Source: an uncultured Pelagibacteraceae bacterium
GTDB lineage: Bacteria > Pseudomonadota > Alphaproteobacteria > Pelagibacterales > AG-422-B15
Reading direction: 5' to 3'
Length of the DNA stretch: 64,000 bases
Assembly: GCA_902598405.1 (NCBI GenBank)
Contig: CACKBQ010000001.1
Location: forward strand, 1,456-65,455
In this document: positions 47,339 through 57,301 of the stretch, in pieces
How positions within the stretch are numbered: position 1 is the stretch's first letter
Layout of the letters: each line of letters opens with the position of its first letter
Translations under genes and position numbers: made by a program
Notes under the pieces: model-generated
What the model was told of the DNA's origin: nothing
Database searches by the model: none
Seen by the model: the letters and a program-made list of their open reading frames with translations, nothing else

Positions 47339-48751
47339 TTAATCCGCGAGGACCCAAGTGTCCTTTACTCCTCCCCCTTGTGATGAATTTACTACATACG
47401 ATCCTTTATTTAATGCAACTCTTGTTAATCCTCCTGGGCATAATTGTACTTTTTCTCCAACTAGACAGAATGGACGTAAATCAACTCGTCTTCCTGAAAC
47501 TTCATTATCTATTAAAGTTGGTGAGGATGATAAGTCTAATGTTGGTTGAGCAATATATCCTCGAGGGTTACTTTTCAGTTTAGTAGAGAAGTCTGAAATT
47601 TGATCTTTAGTTGATTTAGGTCCAATTAACATTCCATAACCACCTGAACCATCAACCTCTTTCACCACAAGTTTTTCAATATTTTCTAATACATAAGTTA
47701 ATTCGTCATCTCTTTCACATCTCCATGTTTCAACATTATCTAATATAGGTGTTTCACCAAGGTAAAATTTTATCATTTCAGGGACAAATATATAAATAGC
47801 TTTGTCGTCTGCGATACCAGCACCAGGAGCTGAGCATATATTCACACCACCTGTTTTATAAACTTGAGTGATCCCCGGGACACCAATAACTGAGTCCGGG
47901 TTATAACAAAGAGGATCTAAAAATTCGTCATCAATTCTTCGATAAACAACATCTATTTTTTTTGGTCCATCAACTGTCTTCATATATAGCAAATCATTTT
48001 CAACAAAAAGATCTTGTGACTCCACCATTTCAATACCCATTTGGTCGGATAAAAAAGTATGCTCGTAATATGCACTATTTAAATGACCTGGGGTTAATAG
48101 GACAACTGTTGGTATATTGCTATCACATTTTTTTGGGGCAAGACTCATAAGCGTCTGCAATAATCTAGTAGGATAGTCATCAACTCGTAAAACACGATTC
48201 GTGTGAAACAAATCAGGAAACATTTTCATCATGATTTCTCTATTTTCCAACATGTATGAAACACCAGATGGTGTACGACAGTTGTCTTCTAAAACATAAA
48301 ACTCATCTTTTCCTGTTCTGACTAAGTCAACACCAATTATTGGACTATAAATCTTTCTAGGAGGTGAAAAGTTGATCATAGACTGATCATATGACGATTT
48401 TTTATAAACAATTTCTTTTGGAACAATCCCCGCCTTAAAAATTTCACCACTATTATAAATATCGTGAAGAAAAGCATTTAGAGCTTTCGCTCTTTGTAGA
48501 ACACCTTTTTCTATCTTTGCCCATTCATAGTTTGTAAGAATTCTTGGAATTAGGTCAAAAGGGATGATTCGTTCAGTCATATCATCATCTTTGACCGAAA
48601 AAGTGATACCAATTCTTTTAAAATGAGACTCAGCTTCAAAATTCTTTTGGCTAATAACTGTGGATGACATGGTTCTCAACCATGAATTAACTTGTAAGTA
48701 GTGCTTTCTTATTTGAGCGTCATCGCTATACATTTCATCAAACATGGCCAC
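47339..48751 (-). CDS. circularly permuted ATP-grasp type 2 protein (DUF404/DUF407)
   Basis: It has 470 aa. The motifs LVVKEVDGSGGYGMLIGP and GGLTRVA, together with gene order alongside alpha-E and transglutaminase genes, are typical of this family. Confidence 0.85.
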   Translation of the reverse strand: MAMFDEMYSDDAQIRKHYLQVNSWLRTMSSTVISQKNFEAESHFKRIGITFSVKDDDMTERIIPFDLIPRILTNYEWAKIEKGVLQRAKALNAFLHDIYNSGEIFKAGIVPKEIVYKKSSYDQSMINFSPPRKIYSPIIGVDLVRTGKDEFYVLEDNCRTPSGVSYMLENREIMMKMFPDLFHTNRVLRVDDYPTRLLQTLMSLAPKKCDSNIPTVVLLTPGHLNSAYYEHTFLSDQMGIEMVESQDLFVENDLLYMKTVDGPKKIDVVYRRIDDEFLDPLCYNPDSVIGVPGITQVYKTGGVNICSAPGAGIADDKAIYIFVPEMIKFYLGETPILDNVETWRCERDDELTYVLENIEKLVVKEVDGSGGYGMLIGPKSTKDQISDFSTKLKSNPRGYIAQPTLDLSSSPTLIDNEVSGRRVDLRPFCLVGEKVQLCPGGLTRVALNKGSYVVNSSQGGGVKDTWVLAD

Positions 48752-49084
48752 ATACTAATCAAATAGCTATCAATATTAATTTTATGCCTTTGCCAAATTG
48801 ACATGTTATTCCCCTCCCGAATTCAGCAAATAATCTGTAACAGATGATTATGAAAAAAATATTTGAGCAATCATTTAACTACTTTCTTAGGGCTTTTCCA
48901 GTAATCTTGACTGTTTACTTTCTTTTTCAAATAGCTGGAGCAATTATTTAGGTATTTATTATGTTTGGAACTAGATGGAATTTTAATCCTTCCCCCCTTA
49001 AATTGGATATAGCTTTGACCATCATGCTAATGTTGCTAATAGTATAATACCTAAATAGCTCTAAAATTGATAAATAGTTGATTT

Positions 49085-50230
49085 TTATTGGAAGTACTTA
49101 GTGATTATAAGACTATAAATTTCTTTAAGCTTAGTTATGTCCTCAGTATTTACATTTTCATCAATTTGGTGTGCGGTCTCTCCAATAAGTCCAAACTCTG
49201 CTACTTCGCAGTAGTCTTTAAAAAATCTTGCATCTGATGTTCCACCTGTTGTTGTTAGTGAAGAATTCATTCCTGTAATCTCATCTACAGAACTTTTCAC
49301 TATCTCTGTAAATTTACCTTTTTCAGTTAAAAATGGTTCTGCAGAATTGTTAAAAGTTATATCAACTTTATAGTCACTATTATTGATATTTTTTGAAACA
49401 ACTTCATTGATCATTGATTGAAGACTCTCTTTTGTGTGATTAATATTGTACCGAATATTAAATATTCCAGTTGAGGTTTGTGGAACAATATTAGTTGCAC
49501 CTTCACTTGACTCAATTTTAACAATTTCCATATTTGATGGTGGAAAGTCTTCTGTACCTTTATCAAGCTCTAAATTACACAGTGTATTAAGTATTGATGT
49601 CAGAGGATTTATTGGGTTGAGAGTCCATTCTGGATAGGCAACATGACCTTGTTTCCCTGAAACTTTAATAGTCGTGGTAATACTGCCTCTTCTTCCAATT
49701 TTAATCATTTCACCTAAATTACTTGGGCATGTTGGTTCCCCTACCAAGCAACTATCTATCTTTTCTCCATTTTTATAAATTTCTTCTAGTACTTTTCTTG
49801 TCCCATTGATTGCAGGACCTTCTTCATCATTTGTAATTAAGAGACTTATGGTGCCTTTCATTTCATTATTCTCTAGGTATTCTCTTACTGCTGAAACAAA
49901 TGCAGCTATAGCAGATTTCATATCGCTCGCACCACGGCCATATAACTTTCCATTTTTTACAGTGGCCTCAAATGGATTTGAATTCCATGCATTTTCATCA
50001 CCAACAGGAACAACATCAGTATGACCACCAAAACATAAATGTGGTGCACCACTCCCAATCTTTGCGAATAAATTGTCTACATCCGGGGTATCAGTATCAC
50101 TAAATAAATAACGATTGCATACAAATCCCATGTCAGTGAGCTCCTTTTGGAGTAGGTCTAATACCCCTTCGTTATTAGGTGTAACACTTGGACAAGAAAT
50201 AAGTGATTTTGTTAGTTCAACAACTTCCAT
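49085..50230 (-). CDS. dapE: succinyl-diaminopimelate desuccinylase
   Basis: It has M20 peptidase motifs (GHTDVVP, RGASDMK, NDEEG). It lies adjacent to dapD. Confidence 0.92.
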   Translation of the reverse strand: MEVVELTKSLISCPSVTPNNEGVLDLLQKELTDMGFVCNRYLFSDTDTPDVDNLFAKIGSGAPHLCFGGHTDVVPVGDENAWNSNPFEATVKNGKLYGRGASDMKSAIAAFVSAVREYLENNEMKGTISLLITNDEEGPAINGTRKVLEEIYKNGEKIDSCLVGEPTCPSNLGEMIKIGRRGSITTTIKVSGKQGHVAYPEWTLNPINPLTSILNTLCNLELDKGTEDFPPSNMEIVKIESSEGATNIVPQTSTGIFNIRYNINHTKESLQSMINEVVSKNINNSDYKVDITFNNSAEPFLTEKGKFTEIVKSSVDEITGMNSSLTTTGGTSDARFFKDYCEVAEFGLIGETAHQIDENVNTEDITKLKEIYSLIITKYFQ

Positions 50231-50233
50231 AAT

Positions 50234-51058
50234 TTATTCTCTGAGTAGATCATTTATCGATGTTTTCTTTCTTGTGTTTTCATCAACTGTTTTAACGATT
50301 ACAACACAATATAAACTCGGCTTTTTAGAGTCTTCATTTGGAAGGCTTCCTGGTACTACTACAGAATAAGCAGGCACTTCACCGTAACTAATTTCACCTG
50401 TAGACCTGTTCACAATTTTTGTTGATGCTCCTAAATATACGCCCATTGAAAGAACCGATCCTTCTCTAACAATTACACCTTCGGCAACTTCAGCTCTCGC
50501 ACCAACAAAACAGTTGTCTTCAATTATTACTGGATTTGCTTGTAGCGGTTCTAAAACACCACCAATACCAACACCGCCTGATAAGTGACAGTTTTTTCCA
50601 ATCTGAGCACATGAGCCAACAGTTGCCCATGTATCAACCATTGTGCCTTCATCAATATAAGCGCCAATATTTACAAAGGATGGCATCAGAACTACACCTT
50701 TACCTATGAATGATCCTTCGCGAACGGTACCATTTGGAACATGTCGGTAGCCAGCTTCTTTCCATTGATCCTCATTCCAATCAACAGTTTTACCTTTCAC
50801 CTTGTCATACCAAGACGTATAGGGTCCTTTTAAAATTTTATTATCATTTATTCGGAATGATATAAGAACGGCTTTTTTTAACCACTGATTAACAATCCAA
50901 TCATTGCCGTTTTTTTCTGCAATTCTAAATTGTCCATTATCAAGTTTTTTTATAACTTCATTTACAGCATCAGCGATGTCCGTATCGTTAGGAGAAATTT
51001 TAGCAATATTTTCCCAAGCACTTTCAATTTTATTTTTTAATTCTGTATTATCACTCAT
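50234..51058 (-). CDS. dapD: tetrahydrodipicolinate N-succinyltransferase
   Basis: It has hexapeptide repeats plus the DapD N-terminal helical domain. 274 aa. Confidence 0.93.
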   Translation of the reverse strand: MSDNTELKNKIESAWENIAKISPNDTDIADAVNEVIKKLDNGQFRIAEKNGNDWIVNQWLKKAVLISFRINDNKILKGPYTSWYDKVKGKTVDWNEDQWKEAGYRHVPNGTVREGSFIGKGVVLMPSFVNIGAYIDEGTMVDTWATVGSCAQIGKNCHLSGGVGIGGVLEPLQANPVIIEDNCFVGARAEVAEGVIVREGSVLSMGVYLGASTKIVNRSTGEISYGEVPAYSVVVPGSLPNEDSKKPSLYCVVIVKTVDENTRKKTSINDLLRE

Positions 51059-51942
51059 TTTTTTATCAGTGTTCCTGCACCTTTCGTGGTTAAAAGCTCC
51101 ATAACCACGGCATTTTGTTTACGACCATCGATTAAAGCAACTCCTTTTGCCCCATTTTTAAGGGTATTGAAACACGCCTTAATTTTGGGAATCATACCAC
51201 TTTTTATAGTGCCTTTTTTTATGTATTGAAATGCTTTTTTACGATCCAGCTCGGTAATTAATTTTTTGTTATTATCCATTACCCCTTCTACATCTGTCAA
51301 AAGCAGAAGTCTTTCGGCTTTGACTGTCTCAGCGATAAACGCAGCTGCAGTATCAGCATTAATATTTAGCGTATTTTTATTTGAATCATATCCCAACGGT
51401 GCAATCACAGGTATTTGATCTTTACCCAGCGCTGCTTGAATTAATGATTTATTAATTTTTTTGGGCTCTCCAACAAAACCAATATTCCCATTCATGGCTA
51501 TTTTTGCATTGATGATTTTTTGTCTTATTCCATCAAAACGTTTGGGTTTACCGCCATATTTTGTAATTTCATTTGAAATAAGTTTATTGAGATCATTGGC
51601 TAGAACCGTCTTAACAACACTTAAGATCTGTTTTGTTGTAACCCTTAAACCTTGGTATTCTTCATTCTTAATTTTTTTCTTTCTCAATTGATTTTCAATT
51701 TGCGGCCCTCCACCATGAACAATAATAACTTTCATTCCCAATTGATTTAGAAGAGAAATATTTTTTGCAAAAGATTTTACTAAATGAGGTTTTGTAAGAG
51801 CATAACCTCCGTATTTGATAACAATAATTTGATTTTTATATCTTTTTATGAATTGGTCTGTGCCTTTAAAATATTTTTTTCCAGATGGCCAATATTTCTG
51901 TAAAAGCCTAGAGCTTTCACTCACATTATTTTTTATAGACAT
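51055..51942 (-). CDS. argB: acetylglutamate kinase
   Basis: It has [17 protein letters not shown] and NINADTAA motifs. Confidence 0.93.
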   Translation of the reverse strand: MSIKNNVSESSRLLQKYWPSGKKYFKGTDQFIKRYKNQIIVIKYGGYALTKPHLVKSFAKNISLLNQLGMKVIIVHGGGPQIENQLRKKKIKNEEYQGLRVTTKQILSVVKTVLANDLNKLISNEITKYGGKPKRFDGIRQKIINAKIAMNGNIGFVGEPKKINKSLIQAALGKDQIPVIAPLGYDSNKNTLNINADTAAAFIAETVKAERLLLLTDVEGVMDNNKKLITELDRKKAFQYIKKGTIKSGMIPKIKACFNTLKNGAKGVALIDGRKQNAVVMELLTTKGAGTLIKK

Positions 51943-51943
51943 T

Positions 51944-53665
51944 TTAATTTGTTTTGACCGTGGTTCTTTTATTGATGATCCACTGCTGAATAATTGAGAG
52001 TACGTTATTTGTTGTCCAATAAATTACAAGACCGGCAGCAAATTGTGCTAAGAGAATTGTTATAAAAAGCGGAAAGAACATGAATATTCTTGCTTGTATT
52101 GGATCGGGAGGAGCTGGGTTGAGTTTTTGTTGTATATACATGGTTAAGCCCATCAACACTGGCCAAATCCCTATAATCATAAATGATGGTGGATCCCAAG
52201 GAATGAGACCGAAAAGATTAAATATGGTCGTTGGATCCTTTGCAGCAAGGTCTTGAATCCATCCATAAAAAGGGGCATGCCTCATTTCAATTGAAACAAA
52301 TAACATTTTATAAATCGCAAAGAAAAATGGAATTTGAATAAGTATTGGCAAACATCCTGAAATTGGGTTTACTTTTTCCTTTTTATACAAAGCCATCAGC
52401 GCCTGTTGCTGCTGCGCTCTATCATCTTTATGAAGTTCTTTAATTCTTGTCATTTCAGGTTGAAGCATTTTCATTTTGGCCATGGAGATGAATGACCAGT
52501 TAGCAAGAGGAAAGAAAACAATTCTTGTAATAACTGTTAATATAATGATAGCTAAACCAAAGTTTCCTGATAATTCAGAAAAGAAGTAAATTACATTGAA
52601 TAAAGGTTTTGTGAGAAAATAGAACCAGCCCCAGTCAATCGCTAAATCAAAATTATAAATCCCATAATCTTCTTGATATCGATCGATGAGTTTTGCTTCT
52701 TTAGCACCAATAAATATTTGACTCTCAACAATGTGATCGCTGCCAGCTGCAACTTTTGTTGCATTTAGAGATCTGTAGTAAGCGATGTATCCGTTATCAT
52801 AAGTATAAATAGCTTTGAATGATTTATTCTGATCTGGAATGAGCGCAGCTAACCAGTATTTATCTGTAATGCCCACCCAACCATTATCACTTTCAAAGTT
52901 AAGTGTTTCTTCATCATCTTTTAGGTCGTCGTAATCTATTAATTCAAGTTTTTCTTGTAAGACACCAAGCAACCCTTCATGCAGAATAAACATGCCTGAT
53001 AAAGAAGGCGCTTGCTTTCTTGTTACCTTACTTGCGTTATTTATAATAATTTCTTCATTCGAATTATTTTTAACTTCTTGTGTAATATCAAATAAATAGT
53101 CTTCATCTAATCCAATTGTAGTTACAAATGTCTGGCCAGTTGTATTGCTCCATTCAAATTCAACTTCATTGTTCGATGTAAGAGTAGCATTGTTATTAGA
53201 CACTTTCCAAATAGACTCAGCATTTGGTGTTTCAAAATTAGCGTCTTGATTTTTTATCCATCCAAATGTTACTTCATAGCCGTCATAAGTATCAATTGGT
53301 TGTAAAACTCTAATTTTTTCTGAAAACTCATCTTGAGTTTCATTATATTTTTTGAGAACAATGTCATCAATTCTTAAACCCTTAAGATTAATTGACCCAA
53401 CAATGCTGTTCGTTTCAATTTTTACTCTTTTATCTGCACTCAGCGCCTCATCTAAACCAATATTATCATTTTCGGTAACACTTAGAGATCTCTCAATTTC
53501 ATCAATGGCTTCCATATCAAGTTCATTTGAGTTCACCTCTGACACGTCACCACTTTCTATTTCTCCATTAAGCATTTCTTGCTCAGGTGCTTCAAAGAAA
53601 AAGCTCCAGATAAATAGAACACCTACCGAGAGTATTATTGCAAGTATTAGATTTCTACTTTCCAT
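51944..53665 (-). CDS. yidC: membrane protein insertase YidC
   Basis: It has an N-terminal TM segment, a large periplasmic domain, and the conserved C-terminal 5-TM core (GCLPILIQIPFFFA). 573 aa. Confidence 0.95.
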   Translation of the reverse strand: MESRNLILAIILSVGVLFIWSFFFEAPEQEMLNGEIESGDVSEVNSNELDMEAIDEIERSLSVTENDNIGLDEALSADKRVKIETNSIVGSINLKGLRIDDIVLKKYNETQDEFSEKIRVLQPIDTYDGYEVTFGWIKNQDANFETPNAESIWKVSNNNATLTSNNEVEFEWSNTTGQTFVTTIGLDEDYLFDITQEVKNNSNEEIIINNASKVTRKQAPSLSGMFILHEGLLGVLQEKLELIDYDDLKDDEETLNFESDNGWVGITDKYWLAALIPDQNKSFKAIYTYDNGYIAYYRSLNATKVAAGSDHIVESQIFIGAKEAKLIDRYQEDYGIYNFDLAIDWGWFYFLTKPLFNVIYFFSELSGNFGLAIIILTVITRIVFFPLANWSFISMAKMKMLQPEMTRIKELHKDDRAQQQQALMALYKKEKVNPISGCLPILIQIPFFFAIYKMLFVSIEMRHAPFYGWIQDLAAKDPTTIFNLFGLIPWDPPSFMIIGIWPVLMGLTMYIQQKLNPAPPDPIQARIFMFFPLFITILLAQFAAGLVIYWTTNNVLSIIQQWIINKRTTVKTN

Positions 53666-53668
53666 AGG

Positions 53669-53902
53669 TTACTTCTTTTCTTTTGGAACAGGATCGTACC
53701 CTTCTGAACCACCTAAAAGCTTTATTGGATGACATTTTGTTATTCTCTTCATACTTAAATATGTTCCCTTAATTAAGCCGTGCTCTTCAATTGCCTCTTT
53801 TGCATACTCAGAGCATGTTGGCATAAAACGACATGATGAGGGAAAATATGGAGAGATTAATCTTTGATATAATACTATCAGAAATATAAATATTGATTTC
53901 AT
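53669..53902 (-). CDS. yidD: membrane protein insertion efficiency factor YidD
   Basis: It has [23 protein letters not shown] and [10 protein letters not shown] motifs. Confidence 0.93.
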   Translation of the reverse strand: MKSIFIFLIVLYQRLISPYFPSSCRFMPTCSEYAKEAIEEHGLIKGTYLSMKRITKCHPIKLLGGSEGYDPVPKEKK

Positions 53903-53905
53903 TTG

Positions 53906-54238
53906 TTAACTATGAATTTTTTTAATTGCTGTATTCATTTCAAATTCTAGATTTTTAAAATCTTCAATAAGCGAATTCTTCTTACCAATAATTACATAAT
54001 TCCAATTTTTTATACCATATTCCCCAATAATATTTTTTGCAATTACTCTTAGTCGCCTCTTAATTTTATTTCTAACGACGGCGTTTCCATTTTGTTTTGA
54101 AACTGTGTATCCAACTCTTACCTTATTACATGATTTATCCTCGTAAGCCTGTAATAAAAATGACTTACTTCTAAAGAAGAGCCCACTTTTAGCTCTTTGA
54201 AAATCCTTAGAGGATTTTAATGTCTCTAATTTGTTCAT
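53906..54238 (-). CDS. rnpA: RNase P protein component
   Basis: It has the RNR-like motif VVRNKIKRRLR. The start is set at the internal ATG (MNKLETLKSSKDFQ) because the tracked 5' extension overlaps rpmH in another frame. Confidence 0.85.
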   Translation of the reverse strand: MNKLETLKSSKDFQRAKSGLFFRSKSFLLQAYEDKSCNKVRVGYTVSKQNGNAVVRNKIKRRLRVIAKNIIGEYGIKNWNYVIIGKKNSLIEDFKNLEFEMNTAIKKIHS

Positions 54239-54251
54239 TGAATATCTTGTT

Positions 54252-54386
54252 CTAAGCTGAGAGAACTTTTCTGCCCTTAGCACGGCGCCTAGCCAAAATA
54301 ATCCTTCCATCTTTAGTCGCAGAACGTGCTCTGAATCCATGACGTCTTTTTCTGACTAAGTTGCTTGGTTGAAATGTTCTTTTCAT
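54252..54386 (-). CDS. rpmH: 50S ribosomal protein L34
   Basis: This ORF is not in the track (44 aa). My translation is [44 protein letters not shown]. It occupies the canonical position upstream of rnpA. Confidence 0.95.
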   Translation of the reverse strand: MKRTFQPSNLVRKRRHGFRARSATKDGRIILARRRAKGRKVLSA

Positions 54387-54462
54387 AATTCTATTTTGTT
54401 AGGTGATTGGCTTATAAATTGCATTCTATTGATAGTCAATTAATATTCATTAAATAAGATAT

Positions 54463-55158
54463 ATGTTTAAAAATAAGTCATTAAGGTTATTGGGGATTGG
54501 TCTCGCTATCGTTCTTATTTTATATTTTCTGGGAAAATATAACCCTATATCCATGGAATTCCTAATAAACCAACATGGATATATTCAGGATTATATTCTC
54601 TCATATCCATCACTTTCAGTAATTATATGCATCTTAATAATTGCAGTGATGATTTCTTTAATGGGGCCAATAACACCTGTGTGTATTTTGGCAGGATTTT
54701 ACTTTGGCCTATACGTAGGATTACTCATCGCGATAATTGGTGAAATCACGGGAGCAGTAATTGTATTTTTGTACGGTAGATACTTATTTAAAGCTTATAT
54801 TTTAAAACAATTCGGTGAAAGATTTAAAAAGTTCAAAGATGGTTTTAATCGTAATTCAATAAGCTACTTACTCTTTATAAGAGTAATAGGTGGAGTTCCA
54901 TTTGGAATACAAAATTTACTTCCAGCTGTCTTAGATATGAAGTTTAGAGACTATTTTATAGCAACGATCTTTGGCGTTATTCCCTGGGCATATATTTTAG
55001 TGAGTATTGGAAATGGAATTCAAAATATTATGGAAACACAAAATTTCTCATCAAGTGATATTTTAAAAATAGAGTATTTACTTCCTGTTTTATTGATAAG
55101 TATAATTGTAATAGTTCCTGTAATTTACAAATTTATAAAAAAAAGATTTTTGGTTTGA
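54463..55158 (+). CDS. TVP38/TMEM64 (DedA-related) family membrane protein
   Basis: It has multi-TM topology. The pattern LLFIRVIGGVPFGIQNLL is typical of SNARE-associated/TVP38 proteins. Confidence 0.65.
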   Translation: MFKNKSLRLLGIGLAIVLILYFLGKYNPISMEFLINQHGYIQDYILSYPSLSVIICILIIAVMISLMGPITPVCILAGFYFGLYVGLLIAIIGEITGAVIVFLYGRYLFKAYILKQFGERFKKFKDGFNRNSISYLLFIRVIGGVPFGIQNLLPAVLDMKFRDYFIATIFGVIPWAYILVSIGNGIQNIMETQNFSSSDILKIEYLLPVLLISIIVIVPVIYKFIKKRFLV

Positions 55159-55190
55159 TTATACGAAAATAAACTATAATCAACCTATAT

Positions 55191-55267
55191 GCGCCGGTGG
55201 CTCAGCTGGATAGAGCACCAGACTACGAATCTGGGGGTCGGGAGTTCGAATCTCTCCCGGCGCGCCA
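55191..55267 (+). tRNA. tRNA-Arg (anticodon ACG), CCA encoded
   Basis: The acceptor stem is GCGCCGG/CCGGCGC. The D-arm is GCTCAGCTGGATAGAGC. The anticodon stem is CCAGA/TCTGG with loop CTACGAA. It has a GGTCGGGAGTTCGAATCTCTC T-arm and a terminal GCCA. Confidence 0.93.
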
Positions 55268-55276
55268 TTAAAATTT

Positions 55277-56152
55277 ATGTTTAACAAATTATCAAATACA
55301 CAAAAGGGAACCCTACTTGCATTTATTGGAGTAATGATTGTAACTCCAGACTCACTAATTATAAGACTCGTATCAATTGATACATGGAACCTTTTGTTTT
55401 ATAGATCTCTGTTTCCTGGAACTGCATTATTAATTGGCTATTTTGTTTTCTTCAGTTCTAGAGCTGTATCAGATTTTATGAGTATCGGAAAACCTGGGCT
55501 ATTAAATGCAGTTTTAATAATGGGATCTAACATTACATTTATTTTAGCCTTAGCGAATACAGATGTCGCAAACGCTCTAATAATGATTAGTCTTGTTCCG
55601 ATACTTGCGTCGATATTTTCATTTATTTTTCTCAAAGAAAAACCTCAATTGATCACTTGGATCTGCTCTCTTGGTTGTTTGATTGCTGTAATATATATTT
55701 TCTATGAGTCATACGAGCTTAATCGATATCTCGGTGATTTTTATGGACTTCTTTGTGCTGCTTTTGTTGGAGCAAGCTTAACTGTAATGAGAAGTTCACC
55801 AAATATCAATTTTGTACCGTCATATATATTAGGAAAACTTTTAACAGCTTGTGTAGCAGTATTCTTTGTTAATAGTTTCATAGTTAATTCAATTGATTTA
55901 ATACTTTTATCATTAATGATAATCACTGTAGGTATGTCTTTTGTATTTATAAGTATTGCGCCGCAATTCATTAGTTCTCCTGAAGTGGGAATTTTCTTTT
56001 TACTCGAGACAGCCTTAGGACCTTTATGGGTATGGTTTTTTATCAGTGAGGCACCAACTGAAAAAACCTTGATTGGTGGTATTTTTATAATAATTATTAT
56101 ATTTATTCACTCATACTATATGATTAGGAAAGAACGCTCAGAACGGATATGA
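55277..56152 (+). CDS. EamA/DMT-family transporter
   Basis: It has 10 TM segments in two EamA-like halves. 291 aa. Confidence 0.8.
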   Translation: MFNKLSNTQKGTLLAFIGVMIVTPDSLIIRLVSIDTWNLLFYRSLFPGTALLIGYFVFFSSRAVSDFMSIGKPGLLNAVLIMGSNITFILALANTDVANALIMISLVPILASIFSFIFLKEKPQLITWICSLGCLIAVIYIFYESYELNRYLGDFYGLLCAAFVGASLTVMRSSPNINFVPSYILGKLLTACVAVFFVNSFIVNSIDLILLSLMIITVGMSFVFISIAPQFISSPEVGIFFLLETALGPLWVWFFISEAPTEKTLIGGIFIIIIIFIHSYYMIRKERSERI

Positions 56153-57213
56153 TGAAAAAATTATCAGTTTTTGCTTTATTGTTTCTTATCTCTTGCGCTC
56201 AACCGCAAACACAGCTTCCAGACTACAGTACAACAATAACTGAAAAAGAGAGAGATATACAAAACCAAATGTTCGCTGACTCATGGCTTGATACGTATTT
56301 ACCATTTTCAACTATGGGCACAGATATATTGTTCAGCGCTTCAGATTTATGTGCTGAAGATGACCGAATATTTGCCCTTGGAATGAATCTTGCAAATGAG
56401 CACTCGGCATATGAAACTATTCGCAAAGAAATTAATAAAAGTCTTGAATTAGGATCAAAATTAAAAGTTGTGAGTTTAGGCACTAACTCGCCTGCAAGTA
56501 AAGCGGGTGTCTTAGTTGGTGATGAGATTTTAGAAATAGATGGTGAAAGCTTAATTCAGGGAGAAGATGCATTTAAATCTTATATTGAAAAGATTGATAA
56601 AGAATACCAAAAATTATATGAATTCAAGATTCTTAGAGGAGATGAATTTAAAAACATAAAAATCAGAAGCGAACAAAGATGCCGTTTCAATTTTGTCATT
56701 GACCTTGATAACAATACTTTTAATGCTTTTGCAAATGGTGAGATTATGGTTTTTTCACTGAGAATGGCAAAGTGGCTAATACAAAATGAAACTGGTGCTG
56801 CAATTGTTTTCGCTCATGAATTAGGTCATAATGCCAATAAGCACGTTGCTGATAAAATTCAGAATGCGAACACGGGTGCTTTGCTTGGCTTGTTGGTTGG
56901 AATATATGTTGGTCTGCCACAAGACATGATGGAGATGGGTCAAAGCATTGGTGCTACAGCTTATTCAATTGAATATGAGAACGAAGCTGATTATCTTAGC
57001 ATGTATATTTTAGCACAAGCGGGTTATAACTTAGATGATGCTGTAAATTTTTGGAGAAGATTTGCTGTAGAAGTACCTAATTCAATTTACTCAACAGGAG
57101 GAACTCATCCATCAACTGCAGAAAGATATGTCAGAATGGAGTCAACAATTAAAGAAATTAAAGATAAAATAAGTAAAGGTGAAAAACTTATACCATCTTA
57201 TAAAAAGGAATAA
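56149..57213 (+). CDS. M48-family zinc metalloprotease lipoprotein with PDZ domain
   Basis: It has the lipobox LISC, a PDZ-like segment (SPASKAGVLVGDEILEIDG), HELGHN (HExxH), and a downstream ENEADY. Confidence 0.8.
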   Translation: MMKKLSVFALLFLISCAQPQTQLPDYSTTITEKERDIQNQMFADSWLDTYLPFSTMGTDILFSASDLCAEDDRIFALGMNLANEHSAYETIRKEINKSLELGSKLKVVSLGTNSPASKAGVLVGDEILEIDGESLIQGEDAFKSYIEKIDKEYQKLYEFKILRGDEFKNIKIRSEQRCRFNFVIDLDNNTFNAFANGEIMVFSLRMAKWLIQNETGAAIVFAHELGHNANKHVADKIQNANTGALLGLLVGIYVGLPQDMMEMGQSIGATAYSIEYENEADYLSMYILAQAGYNLDDAVNFWRRFAVEVPNSIYSTGGTHPSTAERYVRMESTIKEIKDKISKGEKLIPSYKKE

Positions 57214-57301
57214 AAATGAACTTAATTAACGGAGTAATATTTGTAATTGTAATCTTATTGATCTTTTCTTTTGGTTTAAGCCTCTCTCTTGAGTTTTTAT
57301 T

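Noticed and set aside
48961-49059. Second small ORF in the long spacer (MFGTRWNFNPSPLKLDIALTHHANVANSIIPK*).
   Set aside because: It has no SD, no hydrophobic or otherwise recognisable pattern, and its composition is typical of random AT-rich sequence.
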